Below, piece by piece: positions 47,261-56,066 of a DNA stretch of 64,000 nucleotides. The stretch covers positions 9,362 through 73,361 of the forward strand of contig CAJQJY010000006.1 in assembly GCA_905478765.1 (NCBI GenBank). Reading direction: 5' to 3'. Position numbers and translations under genes: made by a program. How positions within the stretch are numbered: position 1 is the stretch's first letter; every line of letters begins with the position of its first letter. The notes under the pieces were generated by a model, which saw only the letters and a program-made list of their open reading frames with translations, did not search any database and was not told where the DNA came from. Origin of the DNA: an uncultured Flavobacteriales bacterium. Its GTDB lineage: Bacteria > Bacteroidota > Bacteroidia > Flavobacteriales > BACL11.

Positions 47261-49081
47261 ATGAAAAAAACATTTACAATTATTACAAGTATATTATTTG
47301 CTATTAGTTTATCTGCACAAATAACTCCTGGTCAAAATAATCCTGACTTAAAAGTTAAATATGATAAAGTAATTTTGAGTGGTAATGAGGACTTATCCCA
47401 TTTAATGGTTAATCCAAATCCTCACACTTATCCAGTACTTTCTTCGAATTCAAAAAGTACAATAACATCAGAGGTAATTGGATGGACAACGTATGATCTA
47501 CAATCAAATGGCTCTATTCAAAACAGAATTGTTGTGCATGATGATGGAACTATGTCAGTTGCATGGACTATGTCTGCAGAACTAAATTCTACATGGTCAG
47601 ATAGAGGAACAGGATATAATCATTTTGATGGGAGTAATTGGACTTTTCCAGCTCCATCACCTCCATTTTCAGAGCCTAGATTAGAGGATTCAAGAGTTGG
47701 ATGGCCTTCTCTAATTGCACTAGGAAATGGTGGTGAGCGTGTTATGACTCACAGCACAGACAATAATGTTCTTAATCAAGCTAGTAGAACTACAATTGGA
47801 ACAGGGACATGGACTAATTCAATGCTTGGTGAGAATTATCTAATATGGAATAGATCAGCAGCTGGTGGATTGGATGGTAATACTATTCATACTATTGCTC
47901 TTACTGAACCAACAGGAGGAACTTGGACAGGATCGCTTTGGCATGGATTAAATGGAGCCGTGCTTTATTCTAGATCTCAAGATGGTGGTAATTATTGGGA
48001 TATTGATACGATGGTAATTCCAGGCATGGATTCTTCTAGTTTCCTAGGGTTTAGCGCTGATGATTATGCTATTGCAGCACAAGGAGAGACTGTAGTTATT
48101 GCATACTTTAATGCCTTTGGAGATTCTTTCATAATGAAATCAACAGACAATGGAGATAATTGGACTAAAACTATCTTTCTTGATTTCCCTGTTGATAAAT
48201 ATGTGATAGATTCTGGAATAGATTTAGATGGTGATGCTGTTTTAGACCAAGTGTATTCTACAGACAATACAGGATCTTTAATTCTTGATGCAAATGGAAA
48301 TGCACATGTATTTTATGGAATAATGAGTTATTCAGATGATGATTTGGCTGATGGAAATTGGTCGTATTTCCCATTATCAAATGATGGAATTGCTTATTGG
48401 ACAGAAAGTTTTGGGCCAGATAATACTCCAGCAACAGTACATACTGGAGATACTTCAGTATGGTATTCTGATATGATGAATGATCATATGATTGCTCAGG
48501 CCCCAGATTTAAATGGTGACCCTGATGTATTAGGTATTGATGAAATAGGAGGATACGCGCTTTACGGGAGAGGTTTAGCTTCAATGCCAAGTGCTGGGCT
48601 AGCTTCAAATGGGGATTTATATCTTTCTTTCTCAGGGTATACTGAAACTATTGATAATGGAACACAAGTATTTCGACATATATATATTACAAAATCAGAA
48701 GATGGTGGTATCACATGGAAAACTCCAGTAGATGTAACACCTCATGATGATTGGAATGGAATGCAAGAATGCGTTTTTGGATCTATGAGTCCAGTAGTTG
48801 ATAATAAAATAAGAATTGTATACCAATTAGATTTTGAGCCAGGACTTAGTGTACAAGGTGATGAGGATTTTGTTGATTGGAATGCTATTACTTACTTAGA
48901 GATTGATACAGTTGGTTTATTTGATAATACATCTACTGCAGTAATTGAATTAGACAATACTAAATCAAAAGTAGATTCAAGAATATTTGACTTAGTAGGT
49001 AGAGAATGGAAATCTGATTTTGCTGACTTACCTAAAGGAGTTTACATTATTGACGGAAAGAAAGTATTTAAAACTAAGTAA
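47261..49081 (+). CDS. T9SS-secreted Asp-box (BNR) repeat protein
   Basis: Signal peptide, SQDGGNYW/STDNGDNW/SEDGGITW, C-terminal IFDLVGRE...KGVYIIDGKKV. Confidence 0.8.
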   Translation: MKKTFTIITSILFAISLSAQITPGQNNPDLKVKYDKVILSGNEDLSHLMVNPNPHTYPVLSSNSKSTITSEVIGWTTYDLQSNGSIQNRIVVHDDGTMSVAWTMSAELNSTWSDRGTGYNHFDGSNWTFPAPSPPFSEPRLEDSRVGWPSLIALGNGGERVMTHSTDNNVLNQASRTTIGTGTWTNSMLGENYLIWNRSAAGGLDGNTIHTIALTEPTGGTWTGSLWHGLNGAVLYSRSQDGGNYWDIDTMVIPGMDSSSFLGFSADDYAIAAQGETVVIAYFNAFGDSFIMKSTDNGDNWTKTIFLDFPVDKYVIDSGIDLDGDAVLDQVYSTDNTGSLILDANGNAHVFYGIMSYSDDDLADGNWSYFPLSNDGIAYWTESFGPDNTPATVHTGDTSVWYSDMMNDHMIAQAPDLNGDPDVLGIDEIGGYALYGRGLASMPSAGLASNGDLYLSFSGYTETIDNGTQVFRHIYITKSEDGGITWKTPVDVTPHDDWNGMQECVFGSMSPVVDNKIRIVYQLDFEPGLSVQGDEDFVDWNAITYLEIDTVGLFDNTSTAVIELDNTKSKVDSRIFDLVGREWKSDFADLPKGVYIIDGKKVFKTK

Positions 49082-49105
49082 TTAGATTTAAACACATATA
49101 ATTAG

Positions 49106-49133
49106 AAAGCCGAGCAAATGCTCGGCTTTTTTT
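49106..49133 (+). terminator. Intrinsic terminator
   Basis: AAAGCCGAGC/GCTCGGCTTT stem followed by a T run. Confidence 0.85.
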
Positions 49134-49136
49134 GTA

Positions 49137-49835
49137 TTACAAATTTAAAAGGGAATCAATCTTTGGAAGTTGGTGTACTATAAAACCCTCAGCATATCCA
49201 CAATTGGATTGCCTGCCTAAATTTTTAGCTCTATAAGTAACGCTATCCAAAAACCCTTCAGTGGAAATAATAGTTTCCGATTCCTTACTTTCAGGATTAA
49301 AAAACTGAGTAGAATAAGCTTTAACAGCATCTAACTTCAATGCAAATTGATTTGAAATGTCTACAACAATATCAGGATTAATATCATTAAATTGTATGTA
49401 ATGATAAATCGCTTTTGGTCGCCAAATCTCTTGTCCTGTTTTAATCTTTTCTAACCCAGATAAAAAACACGCATCAATAGTAATTTGTGATGATCTAGTA
49501 TGATCAGGATGTCTATCAGAAATTGCATTAGTAATAACAATCTCAGGCTGAAATTCTCTAATCTTTTTAATTAAAGCTATTTTATGTTCTTCATCATCTT
49601 TAAAAAAACCATCTTTAAAGTTCATATTTTTACGTATTGCAACTCCCATAATATCAGTTGCTTTGTTAGTTTCCTCATCTCGAATTTTAGCTGTTCCCCT
49701 TGTGCCTAACTCACCTCTAGTTAAATCAATAATACCAACCTTTTTACCTTTTTGAACTTCTTTAATAATAGTACCTCCACATCCTAATTCTACATCATCA
49801 GGATGAGCTCCAAAAACAAGGATATCTAATTTCAT
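49137..49835 (-). CDS. bshB1: Bacillithiol biosynthesis deacetylase
   Basis: AHPDDVELGCGG, DLTRGELGTRG, RHPDH. Confidence 0.9.
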   Translation of the reverse strand: MKLDILVFGAHPDDVELGCGGTIIKEVQKGKKVGIIDLTRGELGTRGTAKIRDEETNKATDIMGVAIRKNMNFKDGFFKDDEEHKIALIKKIREFQPEIVITNAISDRHPDHTRSSQITIDACFLSGLEKIKTGQEIWRPKAIYHYIQFNDINPDIVVDISNQFALKLDAVKAYSTQFFNPESKESETIISTEGFLDSVTYRAKNLGRQSNCGYAEGFIVHQLPKIDSLLNL

Positions 49836-49836
49836 A

Positions 49837-52800
49837 TTAATAATATTTTTTATATCTAATTTTACCAAGAATTGCCGATAAAATCATCAATGCAAATAAA
49901 TAATACACAAATGTTGGTATTGGCATTGGATCTCCCGCAGCATAAGAATGCAAACCAGATAGATAATAATTGACACCAAAATAAGTCATTATGATTGTCC
50001 AAATAGCAAACATAGAAACCATATTAAAAGTAAATTTACTTCTAAGTGCTGGTATAAATCGCATATGTAAAACAAAAGTATAAATTAATATGCTTACTAA
50101 AGCCCAAGTCTCTTTCGGATCCCAACCCCAATATCTACCCCAGGACTCATTGGCCCACACACCACCCAAAAATGTTCCAACTGTAAGCATAAAAAGCCCA
50201 ACCTCAAGGGATTTTTCATTAATAATTGTAATCTCAGCAAGTGTATTCTTAAGACTTATTTTATTATCAGAATTTGTAAATACAATAAGCCAAAGAGAAA
50301 TTAGTCCAAGAATAGCTCCTAAAACTAAGAAACCGTATGAAGCTGTAATAATTGCAACATGAATCATTAACCAATAAGATTTTAAAACAGGTACCAAATT
50401 TGTAATTTCAGGATCAAGCCAATTAAGATGTGCAACCATCAATAACAAACCAGATACTACTGCTGTAGCTGCCAAAGTAAGTACTGACCTTTTTGTGTAA
50501 ATTATACCTGAAAGGATAGTTGCCCAAGCAATGTAAATCATTGATTCATAACCATTACTCCAGGGAGCATGTCCTGAAATATACCACCTTGCCACTAATC
50601 CAAATGTATGAATAAAAAATCCAGATATTATCAACCATTTAAGAATTGAAATAAAAACAGAAACCCACTTTTTCTGTTGAAACAATTGAACAATTACAAA
50701 AGAAATAAGTAATAATCCTAAGATAAAATAATATAAAAAGAGGTTAGAAAATAACCCTAATTTATTAGTGCTGATTTCTAAATTAATTTTTAATTTTTCA
50801 GGCAAGACCTCAGCACCATACCTTGCTTGAAACTTATGAATGTAGCTTACAATACTATCAGCAGATGACCAATCATTATTTTCTACCCCTTCTTTAATTC
50901 CTTTAAAATACATAGGCATTATATTAGCCACAAAAAGAGAATCATTGTCTGAAAAATCAACAACTGAAGTATAAGAAAGCCAAGTATTATTGGAATCATT
51001 TGGCAAAGGGAATAAACGAAAAATACCACCACTAAAAACAGCAAAACAAATATTTACTCTTTCATCAACTTTAATTACATCTTTATCAAATTGTCCTCTG
51101 TCTTTAGGTAATTTTTCATAAGCTTTCTCTACATCTTGAGTTAACAAGTAATGACCATTTTCTCCAAAAAAATCATTAAAACAAACTCTAATATATTTTG
51201 AGTTTAAATCAGAGTTATTTAACAATTCTCTTAGTTTTTGATGACTAACCTTAATAATTGGTTCTTTACTCCAAGAAACAGGATCATGCATCATGCCAAT
51301 AATTACTTGGGTTGCTGACTGATTATTATATTTACCTTTGCCATAAATTTTTCTCAAATATTCTGAATTTTGAGTATGGACTGGTTTTAATCTACCACCA
51401 TTATCCTGGACTACTAAAGCATCAAAATTTGCAATATGATTAGCAGAAATTATATCAGTTGCAAACACTGAATTAGAGAAAAACAAAGGCAATAATATAA
51501 CGACACTTAACTTCTTTAATTTTTGAGTTAAAGAATTATATCTTGTCTTTTTAGTTAAGAATACAAGCACAAAACCTAAAATTAATAAAAAGTATCCAAT
51601 ATACGTAACTAGTGTACCCCACCAATCATGATTTACTGAAAGGATTGTTCCTTTTTCATCTTTGTCATAAGAAGATTGAAAAAATCTAAAACCACCATAT
51701 TGTAATACATTATTCATAAATATTCTATGCTCTTCTTCATTTTCACCATCCAAAACACTTACTTCTGCTGCATACGAACTAGGACTCATTGATCCTGCGT
51801 ATCTGTCCAATTGAAAATCTCTTAGTTTAACCCTGAAGGGAGTTGTGTAATATTTTGATCCATAAGATAGTTTGAAATTCAAATTATCTATAGCAAAAAC
51901 CTCATCACTGCCAGCATATCCTTTACCTCCATAAAGCGTAATCAAATGTTCTTTTCCATTAGCCATTACTTTAACAATAAGGGCATCCTCTGCACCATCA
52001 ACCATAACGTTTGAAGTAGAAATAGGGATTCGTTTTGCATTATCTAAAACATTTTTCAATACTAAGTTTAAGCCATTAATAGTATGTAAAGTCCGCCTGT
52101 TAAATAAGAAATTTTGCAAAGAATCAAAAGAAGAATTTTCTCTAGTGTCCATACTCATTACATGTACAAAATTTGGAGAATTGCAGTATATTAAATCACT
52201 ATTAGAAGAGAAGTTTATTGCACCAACTATAGGATTATTAAATGTAAAAACTTCTCCTTTAATTATTCTTTGTTCTTTATCTGATAAAAACTCATCTTGC
52301 ATGCCATTTTCACCAGGAACAATAAGGTGCAACATTTTCTTTCCACCTTCAAAACCTACAAATAAAGAATCCTTAACATTAGGCAAAAATTCAATAGATC
52401 TTATAGCAATATCATTTTCCTTAAATTTAACATTTATATTAAAAATGTTAGATGTAATTCCTGACAAATATAATTTCTTATCATACTTATATTGATGTTC
52501 TTTATCATCAATATGAATCTGTAAAAAAGTATCGTCAGATATGAACAAATTAGTGGAGTCTCCTTCCCTAATATGCATCATTCCTTCATATGAAATGTAC
52601 CTAGTAATGCCAGCTCCTATTAAAATACAGATAAATGCAAGATGAAAAGTTAGAGATGCTATTTTATCTAATCTGAAAAGCTTTCGTTTAATAAGATTAT
52701 AAATCATATTATAAGTAAGTAGAATAAGAATCCCTTCAAACCACCATTTACTAAAAATTAAAGCTTTTGATGTTGATCTTCCAAAGTCATTCTCAATGAA

Positions 52801-52890
52801 AGTAGCATAACCAATTGCAAAAGCAAAAAGCAAAATTAAAATAGTCATCAATTTCATTGAAGAAAGAAACTTTATTACTTGATTTATCAT
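49837..52890 (-). CDS. ccsA: Cytochrome c biogenesis system II CcsBA fusion
   Basis: ResB-like N-terminus, WANESWGRYWGWDPKETW, GLHSYA. Confidence 0.93.
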   Translation of the reverse strand: MINQVIKFLSSMKLMTILILLFAFAIGYATFIENDFGRSTSKALIFSKWWFEGILILLTYNMIYNLIKRKLFRLDKIASLTFHLAFICILIGAGITRYISYEGMMHIREGDSTNLFISDDTFLQIHIDDKEHQYKYDKKLYLSGITSNIFNINVKFKENDIAIRSIEFLPNVKDSLFVGFEGGKKMLHLIVPGENGMQDEFLSDKEQRIIKGEVFTFNNPIVGAINFSSNSDLIYCNSPNFVHVMSMDTRENSSFDSLQNFLFNRRTLHTINGLNLVLKNVLDNAKRIPISTSNVMVDGAEDALIVKVMANGKEHLITLYGGKGYAGSDEVFAIDNLNFKLSYGSKYYTTPFRVKLRDFQLDRYAGSMSPSSYAAEVSVLDGENEEEHRIFMNNVLQYGGFRFFQSSYDKDEKGTILSVNHDWWGTLVTYIGYFLLILGFVLVFLTKKTRYNSLTQKLKKLSVVILLPLFFSNSVFATDIISANHIANFDALVVQDNGGRLKPVHTQNSEYLRKIYGKGKYNNQSATQVIIGMMHDPVSWSKEPIIKVSHQKLRELLNNSDLNSKYIRVCFNDFFGENGHYLLTQDVEKAYEKLPKDRGQFDKDVIKVDERVNICFAVFSGGIFRLFPLPNDSNNTWLSYTSVVDFSDNDSLFVANIMPMYFKGIKEGVENNDWSSADSIVSYIHKFQARYGAEVLPEKLKINLEISTNKLGLFSNLFLYYFILGLLLISFVIVQLFQQKKWVSVFISILKWLIISGFFIHTFGLVARWYISGHAPWSNGYESMIYIAWATILSGIIYTKRSVLTLAATAVVSGLLLMVAHLNWLDPEITNLVPVLKSYWLMIHVAIITASYGFLVLGAILGLISLWLIVFTNSDNKISLKNTLAEITIINEKSLEVGLFMLTVGTFLGGVWANESWGRYWGWDPKETWALVSILIYTFVLHMRFIPALRSKFTFNMVSMFAIWTIIMTYFGVNYYLSGLHSYAAGDPMPIPTFVYYLFALMILSAILGKIRYKKYY

Positions 52891-52952
52891 ATCAAAAATT
52901 TTATGCAGCAAAATTACTAATATTTATTAAGTTTGTAATCAAATTAAATGAA

Positions 52953-53705
52953 ATGAAAGATATCATTTTAATAGGCTCAGGAAATGTTGCCACACATCTA
53001 GGAATTAATTTAAAAGATAACAATTTTAATATTGTTCAAGTAATAAGTTCAACTTTAAAAAACGCTAAAAGTCTTGCAACTAAACTAGATTCTGATTTTT
53101 CAAATAATATTTCTGACCTAAAAAAAGCTGATTTAATAATTATTGCTGTATCAGATAACGAAATTGGAAATATTGCAAATCAATTAAACAATACTCCTAT
53201 AGTTCATACATCAGGAAGTGTTGGAATGGAAGTATTTAAAAACAATAATAATGCTGGAGTTTTTTACCCATTACAGACTTTTAACACAAATATTGAAGTT
53301 GCTTTTAAGGAAGTTCCGATTTGTATAGAAGCAAACAATAAAGATTTTGAAGTAGAAATTATCAAACTTGCTCAAAACATTTCTGATAATGTAATAAAAA
53401 TGGATTCTAAACAAAGAAAACAACTGCATATAGCAGCAGTATTTTCCTGCAATTTTACTAATCAAATGTTCGCAATATCTGATGATATTTTAGAGAAATC
53501 CAATATCGATTTTAATTTACTTTTACCTATAATTAAACAAACTGTAAAAAAGCTTAAAACAAAAAAAGCAATTGAAGTTCAAACTGGTCCTGCAAAAAGA
53601 AAAGATCTTGAAATTATTAAACAACATCTCAACCTAATTTCAAATAAAAAAAACAAAGAGATTTACAAGCTAATTAGTGAGTCTATTATCAAAACTCATG
53701 AATAA
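52953..53705 (+). CDS. Rossmann-like/DUF2520 oxidoreductase
   Basis: IGSGNVA, HTSGS, FYPLQTF, QTGPAKRKD. Confidence 0.9.
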   Translation: MKDIILIGSGNVATHLGINLKDNNFNIVQVISSTLKNAKSLATKLDSDFSNNISDLKKADLIIIAVSDNEIGNIANQLNNTPIVHTSGSVGMEVFKNNNNAGVFYPLQTFNTNIEVAFKEVPICIEANNKDFEVEIIKLAQNISDNVIKMDSKQRKQLHIAAVFSCNFTNQMFAISDDILEKSNIDFNLLLPIIKQTVKKLKTKKAIEVQTGPAKRKDLEIIKQHLNLISNKKNKEIYKLISESIIKTHE

Positions 53706-54660
53706 ATTTTTAGAATTTACAAAACTAATTAGGTTTAAAAACTTAGTGATGATTGCTCTTACACAAGTGTTATTTAAATACTCTTTAATAAATATGTATT
53801 TAGAGAATTTCTCCCTTAATAGTTTTCAATTTATCATTTACCTTTTGGCTCTATTACTTGTTGTTGCGGGAGGGTATATTATTAATGATATTTATGATAT
53901 AGAAACTGATAAAATAAATAGAAAAGAAAATCAGATTGTTGGAAATTCAATATGTTCAAAATCTGCATTCAACTTTTATTATTTACTTAATTCTCTAGCA
54001 TTTTTATTTGGATTTTATATTGCATTTTCAATTGGAAAAACTGCTTTCGGATTTATATTTATTTTCTTTGCATTTAGCTTATGGAGGTACTCAAAGCAAC
54101 ATAAAACTTCTTTTGCAATTGGAAATTTTCAAGTAGGATTTCTAACAGCTTTAAGCATCCTAAATCTTATATTATTTGATTTAGTTCCTATCGGAATAAA
54201 TAATGAAAATGGCTCATTAATAATATCAAAAATAATTATATTTTATGCAGGATTCTCATTTTTAACAACTCTAATAAGAGAAATTGTTAAAGATATAGAG
54301 GACTTAGAGGGAGATCAAAAAATTAATGCAAAAACATTAGCAATCACTTATGGATTAAAAAAATCAAAAAACATTGTTCTGGCTTTGACAACTGTAACTA
54401 TTTTTTGTATAACATATTTTCAATACTTTCAATATAGTGTTATTTCTACCCAATTTGAGTATGAAATCTCTATTTGGGGAGTAAATGACATCTCAATTAT
54501 TTATACTCTTTTACTGCAAGGTTTATTTCTTTTTTTTATTTATAAAAGTTTTAAAGCAATAAATAAAGAAGATTTTCATTTTTTAAGTATACTTAGCAAA
54601 ATTATCATGTTGGTTGGAATACTCTCAATTCCAGTTTTCACTTTTTTACATCAAAACTAA
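53698..54660 (+). CDS. UbiA-family prenyltransferase, DGGGP-synthase-like
   Basis: LIRFKNL, GYIINDIYDIETDKIN, REIVKDIEDLEGD. Confidence 0.85.
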   Translation: MNKFLEFTKLIRFKNLVMIALTQVLFKYSLINMYLENFSLNSFQFIIYLLALLLVVAGGYIINDIYDIETDKINRKENQIVGNSICSKSAFNFYYLLNSLAFLFGFYIAFSIGKTAFGFIFIFFAFSLWRYSKQHKTSFAIGNFQVGFLTALSILNLILFDLVPIGINNENGSLIISKIIIFYAGFSFLTTLIREIVKDIEDLEGDQKINAKTLAITYGLKKSKNIVLALTTVTIFCITYFQYFQYSVISTQFEYEISIWGVNDISIIYTLLLQGLFLFFIYKSFKAINKEDFHFLSILSKIIMLVGILSIPVFTFLHQN

Positions 54661-55244
54661 TGCTTACAGAAAAACTAAAGAAATACAACATTATACTTGG
54701 CTCAGCTTCTACTAGAAGAAAACAACTCCTCAAAGGAATTGGTTTGAATTTTTCAATAAAAATTACTGACAAAGAAGAGTCTTACCCAACTGACTTAAAA
54801 GATGTTCAAGTTGTGGAATTTCTTGCAAAACAGAAAAATAAATTTCTATCCAAAGGATTAAAAAGTAATGAATTATTAATAACAGCCGACACAATTGTTA
54901 GTCAAAAAGGTAAGATTTTACACAAACCAAAAGATAAAAATGATGCTAAAAATATCCTTTTTAATTTATCAGGAAATAGCCACAGAGTAATAACAGGTGT
55001 TTGTATAAAAACATTATATAAGGAGGTTACATTTTCAACAATTACCACTGTTCATTTCAATAAGTTAGCAGATATAGAAATTGAATATTATATTAATAAG
55101 TTTAAGCCATTTGACAAAGCTGGATCATACGGAATACAAGAGTGGATTGGGTATATTGCAATTGCAAAAATTGAGGGTTCTTACAATAATGTTGTAGGGC
55201 TACCAACTGCTGATTTATACCAAAATTTAAAATTATTCATCTAA
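54660..55244 (+). CDS. maf: Maf-family nucleotide pyrophosphatase
   Basis: ILGSASTRRK, TADTIV, DKAGSYGIQ. Confidence 0.92.
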   Translation: MLTEKLKKYNIILGSASTRRKQLLKGIGLNFSIKITDKEESYPTDLKDVQVVEFLAKQKNKFLSKGLKSNELLITADTIVSQKGKILHKPKDKNDAKNILFNLSGNSHRVITGVCIKTLYKEVTFSTITTVHFNKLADIEIEYYINKFKPFDKAGSYGIQEWIGYIAIAKIEGSYNNVVGLPTADLYQNLKLFI

Positions 55245-55282
55245 GGGATCTAAAATTCTTATCTTTGCAACAAAACCAAAAA

Positions 55283-56062
55283 ATGTTAAAGCTTAAATTT
55301 AGTTCAATTAACAAAATATTAATCGTTTTAATTGTAGTGCAGTCCTGTACACCAATGAAAAAGATCACTTATCTTAATAAAAATCAAAATAGTGAATGGG
55401 ACGTATCTCCTATACCACCAAAACATCATTTAGAAATAGGTGATATTTTAATGGTAAAAGTAATCAGCAGGAATGAAGAATCAAATAATCTATTTAATAT
55501 TGAAAGCAATACAAATAGTGGAAATCCTACACTTACTGCCGCAAATCTATACTTAAACGGTTTTACTATTAACCAAGAAGGGAATATTGACATACCTAAT
55601 GTTGGAGAAATATTTGTGCTCAATCAAACATTAGAAGAAGCCGAGCAAACAATTATTAAAAAAGCAGAGAACTACTTAATCAACCCTTTTGTAGTTGTGA
55701 AGTTAGCTAACTTTCAGTTTACAATTCTTGGTGAAGTAAATAATTCAGGAAGTTTTCCTGTCTATAAAGAAGGTCTAACAATTTATGATGCAATTGCAAT
55801 GGCAGGAGGAATTAATGATTACGGAAACCTTACAAAAATTAAGATTATTCGATCTAAAAATAATAAAAAACAAATTCATAAAATTGATTTAACTTCAAGT
55901 GACATTTTAACTTCAGATTTTTTCTATTTAAGAAATAATGATTTAATTTATGTACAGCCTCTTAAATTTAAAGGATTTAAAAAGTCACAATCTCAATTAC
56001 TACTTTCAGCATTAACAACTTTTGCAGTTTTGTTTAATGTATATTTAAAATTCTCAGAATAA
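55283..56062 (+). CDS. wza: Polysaccharide export lipoprotein (Wza family)
   Basis: Lipobox VQSC, Poly_export and SLBB-type motifs (ILGEV, AIAMAGG). Confidence 0.88.
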   Translation: MLKLKFSSINKILIVLIVVQSCTPMKKITYLNKNQNSEWDVSPIPPKHHLEIGDILMVKVISRNEESNNLFNIESNTNSGNPTLTAANLYLNGFTINQEGNIDIPNVGEIFVLNQTLEEAEQTIIKKAENYLINPFVVVKLANFQFTILGEVNNSGSFPVYKEGLTIYDAIAMAGGINDYGNLTKIKIIRSKNNKKQIHKIDLTSSDILTSDFFYLRNNDLIYVQPLKFKGFKKSQSQLLLSALTTFAVLFNVYLKFSE

Positions 56063-56066
56063 ATTT

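Noticed and set aside
55265-55282. TTG starts at 55265 and 3688
   Set aside because: The TTG is the end of a TAnnTTTG promoter box, so the downstream ATGs are preferred.
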